NCBI RefSeq assembly: GCF_001194135.2
Contig: NC_069001.1
Location: forward strand, 39,149,835 to 39,213,834
Source of the DNA: Octopus bimaculoides
Lineage: Eukaryota
Length of the DNA: 64,000 bases
Direction: 5' to 3'
The notes beneath the pieces were generated by a model. It was not told where the DNA came from, searched no databases, and saw nothing but the letters and a program-made list of their open reading frames with translations. Made by a program: the position numbers and the translations under genes. Shown piece after piece: positions 53,051 through 64,000 of the stretch; the stretch's first letter is position 1, and every line of letters begins with the position of its first letter.

Positions 53051-54042
53051 TGTTATATATACATTTATATATACATTTATATATACATTTATATACACAC
53101 ACAGACATGCACTGGCACACACATATATATATCTATCGCACATACCCAGATCGAATGCTAGATAGACATAATGTCATTTATATACACACTACTAATTGAT
53201 ATCTTCTCATCCTGGGAACATGTTCTATTCAATATATATTTATTTTCACATATACTTTTATTGTTTGGCTAATCACCACAAATGATATATATTTATTCAT
53301 TACAATATCTCATCGTTACATTACGTGTAGGCGGCGTCGCTGCCGGACTCCACATCCATCTCCATAATACTGTGCTGAATATGGTATCAAAACGCAGCAC
53401 ATAACAGTTGCCCGAAGACATGGAACCTCGAAATTTCATTAGCTTCTCACACGGACTTCGTATTAGACCTATTTTTGTTTTACGTTTTGGTCTCTTTCTC
53501 GTTATTTAGATATATCGATATAACCGCTTCAATCTTAATTTGTGTATATATTTATGTGTGTGGTGAGTAGGTATTTGTGTTCCTTTCGTCAATGCATGTC
53601 GCTAAAATATACAGAACAAAACAAACAAAAAAAAAAGCGAGCAGCTGGTGTTTTAAGATCAGTGTTGCCCTTCGGTGTTTATTCTGAAGTTACTCATCTT
53701 CGTCATCAATGTTACTTGACGAAGCTGAATAAAGACAGGTCTGAGAAGAGAATCCCTCTACTAAAAACTGCCAACCAAATTCTTTACATGCGTTCCTTCG
53801 CCACAGACACCAGACGGATCAAGGCCACCTGATCTGCTAAACAAAAGTGAGGGGGTGGTTCAGTTGGAGACAGCAAGGGAAAGACCTCCGGTTGGGATTG
53901 AACATGAAGCGATCTTTTTGATCGTATTTTGATGGACCATGCCTGAATTGGAGCTAAACATCAACAGAGGCATCAAGTTGCCTTTTCACTGTTATTAAGG
54001 GTTGCTAGATATAGTAGGTAAATCGACCTCAGATCAGAAACC

Positions 54043-54450
54043 AAAGAATATAAGAGATGTCATGACAACATAGCAAGGATTGTCCATTGGACACTTTGCA
54101 ACAAGTATGGACTTGACACAGCAAGAAACTGGAACGAACATAAACCCGAAGGTATCATCGAAAATGATAATTGAAAGATCCTATGGGGATTTTATGATTC
54201 AGTGCGACCATGAGATCGAGAATAGGAAACCAGACATAGACTTAATTGAGAAAAAGAGAGCAAACGATGTTGGATCATAGACATAGCATGCCCAGCTGAC
54301 AACAAGGTATGCCATAAGGAGGAAAGAAAAGTCGATAGATATGAGAGGTTAGCTTGGGAGGTTAAGGAGTTGTGGCCGATGAAAAAGGTGGTAGTGGTGC
54401 CGGTGGTTGTCGGAGTCCTGGAAACAGTGAATAAAAATCACGAGAAGTAC
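54043..54450 (+). mobile_element. R4/Dong-clade LINE C-terminal restriction-like endonuclease domain (degenerate)
   Basis: KEYKRCHDNIARIVHWTLCNKYG...NW.EHKPEGIIEN..KILWDF.IQCDHEIENRKPD...IIDIACP...EERKVDRYERL..EVKELW...VVPVVVG. Contains the RHD, R/KPD and D..CP motifs of the RLE domain, with stops and frameshifts. Confidence 0.9.
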
Positions 54451-55546
54451 CAATAGAATGAGGGAGAAATTAAGACATTGTACGTCTTTTATATTTGGAA
54501 GAGGGGAAAGGGCATAGGCTGTGACCTTTTAAGAGGGTTGTGTAATCGGTGGAAAGAGGGGTAAAGGGACTTAGTTCTACTCATAAAGAAGACTTATGAT
54601 TGCAACATATTGGGTCTTACTGAGTTTACCCAGGGTCTCAGAGGGATGTCAAACTAGAAACAAATTCAGTACTACCCCCAAAATGACAGAATGACTGGAA
54701 TCCGCTTACCCAAAAAGAGTATCTACACAACCTCAGTCAAGTAAATTTCACTGACATGCCTTTGGTCCACAAATAGCAATCATAAACGTAGATACTTGCT
54801 CAAGGTGCCAGGTTGTGAGATGGATCCCCACACAACGTTAGCCACGGATGGATGTCATTTTCAATAAAGAAAAAAAAAGAAGACCTCAAACGTTTCTGAA
54901 TTATTGTATGAAACAGTTGCATAGGATATGATGAGATAACTAAAGATGTGTATGACACATCTATAAGTTGATATCTGTTTGGTAATTAATAGCGACAGAT
55001 AATGAAATTGAATTTAGTTATTTAGTGTCTTTCTTATCAGTTGTGTCCAGATAATTAGATCTGATCATTGATCATATTGGTTACTTATTGAACAGCGTCC
55101 ACAGAAATGACGATATCACACAGGATATCATTGCTGTGTGATATCCGAGACACTTCATTGACTTCTCTGCAGCAGTCACGCCACTTCAACAAAAGCAGGA
55201 CACTCTCTGTCTGATACACATGCAGACATGCAGCCATATATATATACATATCAGTGTGTGTGCGCGTGCGTGCGTGCTTGAGAGCGTAGTAACTGGCCAT
55301 CTAAAGCCAATCCCTTGGCCGAGTCATCAGAGTGTCCGATAGAAATTGTTGCATTTGTTGCAGTATCTGCGAACTTCTTTCAAATTCCATCGAAGACGAC
55401 TTTGGCTTTCATCTTGTTGAAGGTCGATCAATAAAGTACCAATTAACTACTTGGCCCTATCACGCTTCTCTCTCTTTCGTTCTCTCTGTCCTCTTTTAAG
55501 GACCATTGTCACTAACTCTTATCGGTCTTCTTTCCACGCCGATCCG

Positions 55547-55581
<35 letters not shown>

Positions 55582-56394
55582 CAGTAGATAGGGACAGTGG
55601 GAATCTCGTTGATCCCATCACCAGCCAGATCCCTTCACACCCCACTTGACCATTTCTGAAACCAGTTGTCATCTCCCACTTGGTCCTCAACAGTTTCGAT
55701 TATCTCCCAGAATCAAAATGTCTACCATGACAGACAGTATATATTTCTAGTGGAATATCTCAAGTGTTGATAAAACGGCAAGACATCAACTTTTTCATCA
55801 GAATAACTGTTCATATACTTCCGGTCCTCGAATTTCAATTGTTATTCTTCTAAAATTTGTTTCCACCATCAAACCGGAATTTCACTCAGGTGCCATTAAA
55901 CATTTCACAGTTTAACTATTAATTTCTCGTTTATTTATCGTAAAACTTTTCTGTCGTCTGTCAAGGCAAAACGTGTCAAAATGTAAACAAATTTTATAGC
56001 GAATGACCCAATCATCTGTTCGGTTGAGGATCCACTCCACATATTCACACATTAAATATATTTTGTTTGTTCTCTCTGTATATCAGCTAAGTATGTGATA
56101 TTTTACTGTTCAGTCCACGCCATCCCCTTGGAATATTCACTCGGTTATTAATGGCTGCTATGGTGATAGATATCAGCAAGACTTGATCTGTAAAAATATC
56201 TGCCAATATTCATATTTATATATTTTCCCTCCCATTTCCTTTGACTGTTACAATGCATACACCGCTCTTTGTTCTTTCATTACAAGCTTACTTTCTACCG
56301 TAATATAAACATCGCATATCGACGGCATTTTATCGTCTGCCTTCCTAACGCTAAAATGCAAACAAACAGACGAACGACTGTCATCTGCTGTACT

Positions 56395-56457
<63 letters not shown>

Positions 56458-56633
56458 ACACACACATGCACACACACACAATACACATATATGATCTATG
56501 TCTACAAGCTTTCTGTATTTTATGGCATGCATTCCGAGATAATATTTTCATTTCAAGTTATGACATTACAGAAATGACTTACAACCTACCAGAGGCAGAT
56601 ATACAGCAAGATACACCTATTCTATATTTTCAG

Positions 56634-56668
56634 CTCCTGGAGTCCGTCGAGACAGAATTGAATAACTT
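56634..56668 (+). CDS. candidate 35-nt exon, protein unidentified
   Basis: ctattctatattttcag|CTC...AAC TT|gtaaga encodes LLESVETELNN(L/F). Confidence 0.25.
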
Positions 56669-56988
56669 GTAAGATTTTCTCTTCCATTAAGATCTATTTA
56701 CTTCAACGATTTAACAAAATAATTTATTTAACGATGTATCATGTTGCGGCACTGAATATTTCCATTCCTTTAGGAACAGAAAATGATTGCAGCCATTCAG
56801 ATCCACTTTCACCATAAACCATCATCATTTTTCACCATCATTTCACCACCATCGCTTTTTCAAATTTACACACCAATACTCATAACAATAATAAATGTAT
56901 ACATACATACATACATACATACATACATACATACGTACATACATTTAATCAAATATACATTTATATGTATGCATACATATCTATCTAT

Positions 56989-57035
<47 letters not shown>

Positions 57036-57262
57036 TTTGTACTGAATTTTCTTTTACTCGCGAATTGAGTGTCACGGTCCATAGTAATAATTTAGTATTT
57101 AGGCAGGTTTTATACAGCATAAAGCTACTTATTCATTCTTCCTTCTATGTTTACACTTTCCATTTGCTATCTTCACATGCTGTATTAGAGATTTTTTTCT
57201 ATGGTTGTTTGTATTTCATTCGCAAACTCTTTATTTGTTCTAACTTTCCCACAGATGTTTTT

Positions 57263-57350
<88 letters not shown>

Positions 57351-57983
57351 TGCTGTTTCTAAAAAAAATCCTGTCACTTCTAAGTTGTTTTTTTCCCTCT
57401 TATTGTTCATCATCATATTCTCTCTTCTGCTCGCCAATTCAATAAGTGTTGTTTCTGCTTGTCTATTGCCGAAACGTGTCATGTTTTTCTTTGCCATCAC
57501 ATGTGCTCGCATTTTGTACTTGCTTATTCAGTAGTTGTCCTGCATCTGCCTGTTGCCTACACCGCTCCTGTCCTGTTTTGCTAACGCTGTGCATCTTCCT
57601 ACATCATCAGAAGTAATTTCATATCTGAAGTTGCTAATCATTATCATATAAACAATGGCATTTCTAATTTGATATCTGAAGCCTGTAATATATTATTTCT
57701 GTCTACAAATTAAATTGTATTTCCGTTGCAGTTAATAATCGGAATATCGCCAAGTTTCGTCTAGTTTGTAAAGATTAACTCATTCCGCTGTCTGCGATGT
57801 TAGATTATCTAAATTTTTCAGCTGAAAAAATAATTTTGTTCAGTAATTATATTCTATGCCCCAAAGAAGGGTTGTCAGGGATATATTTGTATTCGGGGTG
57901 ACGTCTTGCTTTTCATTTGATATATATTTCCATACTATTATCTTTTTTATTTTTTTTAATTTTTTTAATTTTAATTTTTTTTT

Positions 57984-58120
57984 ATTGCCCACAAGGGGCT
58001 AAACATAGAGGGGACAGACAAGGGATTAAGTCGATTACATCGACCCCAGTGAGTAACTGGTACTTAATTTATCGACCCCGAAAAGATGAAAGGCCGAGTC
58101 GACCTCGGCGGAATTTGAAC
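57984..58120 (-). mobile_element. SINE family A body with an alternative tail
   Basis: Family A body (GTCGACCTCGGCGGAATTTGAAC) joined to the tail TCCCTTGTCTGTCCCCTCTATGTTTAGCCCCTTGTGGGCAAT. Confidence 0.85.
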
Positions 58121-58161
58121 TATTATCTCTGAACACCCTAAAAGGATTTTACATACACGCA

Positions 58162-58218
<57 letters not shown>

Positions 58219-58404
58219 AGGTATGATTATGTATGTGTGTACATATGCTTATATATGTAAGTAAATATGCTCGTATATGAGTGTGTGTATGCATGTATAT
58301 ATATACATAAATACATATTTATATATATATATGTATATATATATGTGTGTTTGTGTGTGTGTGTATATATGTACATATATATATACATATATACATATAG
58401 ACAT

Positions 58405-58453
<49 letters not shown>

Positions 58454-59141
58454 TATTTATATACACACACACAGATGAATGTATTTATATATGTATATAC
58501 AATCCGTGTATGTGTATATATATGTACGCACATATATATACACAAATATTATATATATCCATTATATGAACTTATGTATATATGTGCGTGTGTATACGTG
58601 TATATATTTATACAGATCCTGAATTGTTTATATAAAATATGACATCAATCGCTTCCAGCAACACTTGGAGTATAGCAAAAAGCACCGACGGGGAAGAGGA
58701 GCGGTATGAGGGGGAGGAATTTACAGACAAATGCGGGAATATACGGAAACATACAGGAATAAAAAAAATAGGCGAATAGAAAATTATTATTATTGACATC
58801 GTTCAGGAGTCATGGTTATTTGCACATACGTCCGTATGTACCCAGATACGTAGAGATACGTAGGTATATTTCGTCATATGCAAACGTACAGGTAGGTGTG
58901 AGCAGATATATATATATGTGTGTGTGTGTATATATATATATATGTATATATGTATATATGTGTGTATATATATATATATATATGAATATATATGTGTATA
59001 TATATATATATGTATATATATGTGTGTATGGGTGTGTATATATATGTATTTATATGTATATGCATATATATCCATATGTTACGTATATACATACACACAC
59101 GTATATATTTAAACACAGTCATATATATATATATATATATA

Positions 59142-59174
<33 letters not shown>

Positions 59175-60044
59175 TCGTCCTCTATATTATACATATCCAG
59201 CGCTGCTTGAAATGGTGCGAGTGATTNNNNNNNNNNNNNNNNNNNNNNNNNNNNNNNNNNNNNNNNNNNNNNNNNNNNNNNNNNNNNNNNNNNNNNNNNN
59301 NNNNNNNNNNNNNNNNNNNNNNNNNNNNNNNNNNNNNNNNNNNNNNNNNNNNNNNNNNNNNNNNNNNNNNNNNNNNNNNNNNNNNNNNNNNNNNNNNNNN
59401 NNNNNNNNNNNNNNNNNNNNNNNNNNNNNNNNNNNNNNNNNNNNNNNNNNNNNNNNNNNNNNNNNNNNNNNNNNNNNNNNNNNNNNNNNNNNNNNNNNNN
59501 NNNNNNNNNNNNNNNNNNNNNNNNNNNNNNNNNNNNNNNNNNNNNNNNNNNNNNNNNNNNNNNNNNNNNNNNNNNNNNNNNNNNNNNNNNNNNNNNNNNN
59601 NNNNNNNNNNNNNNNNNNNNNNNNNNNNNNNNNNNNNNNNNNNNNNNNNNNNNNNNNNNNNNNNNNNNNNNNNNNNNNNNNNNNNNNNNNNNNNNNNNNN
59701 NNNNNNNNNNNNNNNNNNNNNNNNNNNNNNNNNNNNNNNNNNNNNNNNNNNNNNNNNNNNNNNNNNNNNNNNNNNNNNNNNNNNNGAGTCAAAGAATTTT
59801 GATAAATTCAAGGAACACGGAAGGAATTTTGTGAACTTTTGCATAACGTCAATTCGATGGTTGATTGGTTGGATGGTTAAAGCCTCGGAGAAATTTGTCG
59901 TGTCTCTTGGAGTACTAAGATCAAATCCCACCGACTACAAATTTGGCTTTCATCTGCGGGGGATAAACTAATATAACAACCAAACACCAAACGCTAGGGT
60001 TTCTTTTTTTTCTTTCTTTCTTTCTAGTTTAAATTCTCTCTCTC

Positions 60045-60097
<53 letters not shown>

Positions 60098-60734
60098 GTA
60101 TATGTGCTTGTGTGTGTAAATGTGCTGAATAAAAGAGAAAGTTACTGAGTCTGACTAAACAGTTCAGTGTTCTCTGTTCCGTACTCAAGTACGCCCTCCT
60201 CCTCTAATTACTTTCAACGTATGATCAGCGGTACACGAATAACATCCTTCGTTACCTGAGTTTCGATTTAACCAACTTGACACGGAAAACATTACATTTT
60301 TTGTCGTTTCATACAATGAAATTAAATCAGTAAATTATTTCATAAGCGTGGTAATGATTTATAATATTTAACTGGTTAGTATTACTAATTAGTAATCAAT
60401 ATAAATAATTAGTTATTGTGAGAGTGTTGAACAAAAGGATTGTAAGTTGTTTATAGAAACATATAACTATAATGACGTCTGAATTATCGAATATTGATCA
60501 TTAATGAAGGTTTTTTTCAGCTGAAAAGTTTATCGAGTATTCGGTTTGTGCAGGAAGAGTTAAAATAGATATAAATAGATTTTTTACGAGTATCAGGAGT
60601 ATTGTGAAACGATGGGTTTTGAATGGTGACTGACTCAGAATTGGTAGGGGAATAATCCATTGTAAGCAGCTCTCTACCACTCTGAATATCTGTGTACGCA
60701 CAGACAGACAGACACACACACACACACATACACC

Positions 60735-60928
60735 CGAGGGTGTGTTTGAAAAGTTTCTGGCTTTGGGTAAAAACCATACGAGTGGAGGATCAGTTAATAA
60801 TGATTTTATTCCGCACATTCCCTTCCCAGATTCACACATTTATTGCGACGGTCCCTCAGTCAGCCCCTGACACGACTCGGCTCTTTACGACACCCTGAAA
60901 ACCAGAAACTTTTCATCCCCTACTCGTA
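60735..60928. mobile_element. mariner-type MITE, copy 2
   Basis: Imperfect TIRs CGAGGGTGTGTTTGAAAAGTTTCTGG ... CCAGAAACTTTTCATCCCCTACTCGTA. Confidence 0.8.
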
Positions 60929-61007
60929 TATGTGTGTGTGTGTGTGTGTGTGTTTGTGTGTGTGTGTTTGTGTGTGTGTGTGTATACATATACTCATACA
61001 TACAAAC

Positions 61008-61047
<40 letters not shown>

Positions 61048-61364
61048 CCCCACACATACATACATGCATACCTACACAAACACACATATAAGTGTACGCA
61101 CATAAATACACGCACACTTCTATACACGCACATATATTGGTGTATGTCATATTGCATTGTATTATTTTATATTGCAGTATGATGTGCTGATGCCCGTGTT
61201 TACTCGTTCCCGGATGTTAGTTTTTGATGAAACATGAAATACTAGAGTTTACATTCAATAGATTTAGAATAACAAAATTGACAGCCATATAACATAGCTC
61301 TAATATTAACAATAATAATAATAGCAGCACAACAACAAGAACAATAATAATAATATTTGTTCAG

Positions 61365-61427
61365 GCGATGTTGAAATTATAACAGCAAGCCTCTTTGATA
61401 TGACGAGATGTGTGGAATATTACAGTG
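61365..61427 (+). CDS. candidate 63-nt symmetric (phase 1-1) exon, protein unidentified
   Basis: atttgttcag|GC GAT...AGT G|gtaaat encodes (G)DVEIITASLFDMTRCVEYYS(G). No recognised homology. Confidence 0.25.
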
Positions 61428-62049
61428 GTAAATAATACGTCTGTGGCGGCAGCATTTCTTCCAATAATCCACTCGTACAATAATATCATATTTATGAATG
61501 TGTCTCTCTTTGCAAACACTAAACAATCAATCAACGACAATTTGACAGATATGAGAGCTAAATAGAAAGCCAAACGGATATATCAGCGCTGTTTCACATT
61601 GGCTTTCTTTGTCCAGTTGTCCAGTTCATCGGGAAATCAATACAAGTTCGTTAATGAATGACTGACCACAAGTTTTTCTGCTGGTCTCACTTCGTTTTGA
61701 CTCGTCATTAGCTGACACGGTCTATTTATTAGCCATTTAGGAAAAAAACACTATCTCTCAGCACCATTGCTTCTCTTGTGTTTATGTTACACTTCACTAA
61801 ACATTAACTTATGGTTATGCAGATTCCGGAACACTCACTTATACATTACACTCTCTCTGTCTCTCTCTCTCGCTCTTTCCCTCTCTTGCATACACACGCA
61901 CACATAGACACTTGTATGGACATCTATACGTATATATGTGTATAAGCATACAGAGATATGTATTTATAAGTATATATAATTATACATGTATAAACAAAAA
62001 CGGGCTAAGAGGATTATTTCAGATTGGCCATTGGGACAGGCTTAATGTT

Positions 62050-62503
62050 GAGTAACATAAGAATTATTCCTCCAAATTTGAATGAGAAATTCAAAAGTAT
62101 GTGGATTCCATGAACAATTTCACAGATGTTCAATATGCGCACCGCCTGAGACGTGGCCCACGTCAAGTCTGTTCGCCAGCTCCTCCCAAACACGCTGCAG
62201 CATGTCTTGGGTAACAGTCTCCAGTACGGTAGTGATTCTCTGCTCGAGTTCCTCTAGGTTTGCAAGAAGAGTGGGTGACATAGACCAGGCCCTTCACATA
62301 GCCCCATGTTTGCGCTTTCACTTGTCATCTGCCGTTATGGCCTGAACGAGCTGCAGCTTGTAGGGTTTCATTAGCAAGCGTTTCCTCAGGACGCGACAAA
62401 CTGTCGTTGGCGGAATCTGGGTTTCCAGACTTGTTCTTCTTATGGATTTCTTGGGGCTTCGCAAGAGTTTTTGGCGAACCCGCTCGACCGTCTCTTCCGA
62501 TGC
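62050..62503 (-). mobile_element. Tc1-like transposase relic, internally deleted
   Basis: SEETVERVRQKLLRSPKKSIRRTSLETQIPPTTVCRVLRKRLLMKPYKLQLVQAI is joined near 62310 to WGYVKGLVY...LEELEQRITTVLETVTQDMLQRVWEELANRLDV..VSGGAHIEHL* (stop 62120-62122). The catalytic core is missing. Confidence 0.9.
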
Positions 62504-62504
62504 A

Positions 62505-62830
62505 GCAACAATTCTCGCTCTCTCTGCCTGCGACAGAATGTGCATTATTCTGAGATAGTTACCTCCATAGTAATCAATCATTAGGAAAAGAGTTCAGACA
62601 AATGATGCCGCTGTCCATGCTGTGACGTTAACTTTCCATCTACAAGGTTGCCGACCTCTGTTGCTTTTTCTGTTAATGCCTTCCAAACATATCTTCTTCG
62701 TTCATCCCTTCCAGTTTGCAACTTGTTCACTATTTAAGGACGTCATGAACCTTTGTTTCGCGGCAGATCTCTTCCACCACGTAGCCATATCACATCATTG
62801 CTGCAGTATGGCCATATTCATTTCACTGAA
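62505..62830 (-). mobile_element. possible RTE-like LINE 3' end relic
   Basis: Degenerate KICLEGINRKSNRGRQPCRWKVNVTAWT resembles the RTE C-terminal LEG.VEGKR.RGR.R.RW.D.I..WT motif. Confidence 0.4.
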
Positions 62831-64000
62831 TCAATAAACTAAATCAGAAATCATGCCTGAGTTATAATTGCTTCATACTCATCCATTTGTATATGTCCAC
62901 TCCGTTAATATACATCCATATAATAACATACATCGATTGGATATCCGTAGAATCACAGATATCGATTTACGAGAGATGATGATTTTTTTTCTTTGAGTTT
63001 TTGAGTTTTACTTCGTTAAACTTTTAGCCTGAATAAATTGTGTTAATTGCTAAGAATCTATCCTTGTTGGTATTTTATCTGGGTTCTGTATGGGTTTTTT
63101 TTTTTTTGGTTTTATAACGAATCAGTGAATTTCGTTGATTGGAACCAGTGCTACAATGTACGATTTGTACAACAAAATAGAGCAAGAAGAACGTGGGGAG
63201 ACAGACAGACAGACAGAATGAATAAATAGGAGAGAAAGAGAAGACAAAGAAGAAAACGAATAAGATGGGGGAGAAGGAGAAGTGTAGGAGGAGAAGAAGT
63301 GTAGGAGGGGGAGGAAGATAAAGAAGAAATGACCAGAGAGGAAGCTGTATGAAAACAAGAACGATGGTGACGACTACGACTACAGGTAGCGACCAAACAA
63401 GATGGTTCACTAATTAGATAGACAGAGTTTTGAAAGAGAGAGATTAGACAAAACGGTTGTAGGTCTTCTTGATGTTTACTTTTTGTGTGTCTTTCTTTAT
63501 TGGAGGCGGTTTAGTGTTTATTAAAAAAACTAAACAAGAACAACAACAATAGGTTAGTGGAATCAAGAACTGGAGAATGTTTAATGATGTGTATTCGATA
63601 GATTCGGCCCCCGCCCCCCACAAATTCGGACAGACGTGATAGTAGAGAAAGCATAGAAGTGACGACGCGATGTCAGATATCAGAGACAAGCAAGTTTACC
63701 TTACGTCCGACAAATTTGAGAAGAGATAAATATGAATTTCTCTTCTCTTTGTAAATTATACAAATATTTCAGATTTACAAACAAAAATATGTATTAACTC
63801 TATCCTGTGTACTATATTGACTACTTATTTCTCCCGTATGTAAAAGCCAATATGTATATATGTATGTGTGTGTGTGTAGTCATATTCAAGTAATTTTAGT
63901 GCAGTTCTGTATTTCCCCAACAGCGAACTCCTCGTTCGCCTTTGCTACACCAAGGTTTAAAAATCGGGGAAGGTGCCCCTGTCTTTTGATAGGCAGCTAA

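Noticed and set aside
60381-60396. Perfect 16-bp palindrome ATTACTAATTAGTAAT
   Set aside because: Almost all A/T, so plausible by chance in this composition.

Overview
Repeat-rich, gene-poor eukaryotic DNA. The abundant (TA)n, (CA)n, (ATT)n, (TAC)n and (CATA)n microsatellites, about 17 N-gaps (roughly 5.5 kb) and several tRNA-headed SINE families suggest an octopus-type cephalopod draft assembly; this species call is an inference. I could not identify any host protein-coding gene. Nearly all long ORFs in the track are microsatellite or gap artefacts. Decayed transposons are clearly recognisable: three fragments of an R4/Dong-clade RLE LINE, a CR1/L2-type LINE 3' end, an RTE LINE fragment, three distinct Tc1/mariner transposase relics, several MITEs and many SINE copies. 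The most interesting signals are: (i) a 3' stem-loop tail shared between the CR1/L2 LINE and a CORE-like SINE; (ii) head-to-tail SINE arrays built on (ATT)n, alongside a LINE clade known to target microsatellites; (iii) a near-perfect 198-bp palindrome; (iv) promoter-type motif clusters and several small exon candidates, suggesting the window is intronic or flanking sequence of a large unidentified gene. There is no evidence for CRISPR arrays, rRNA or genuine tRNA genes.
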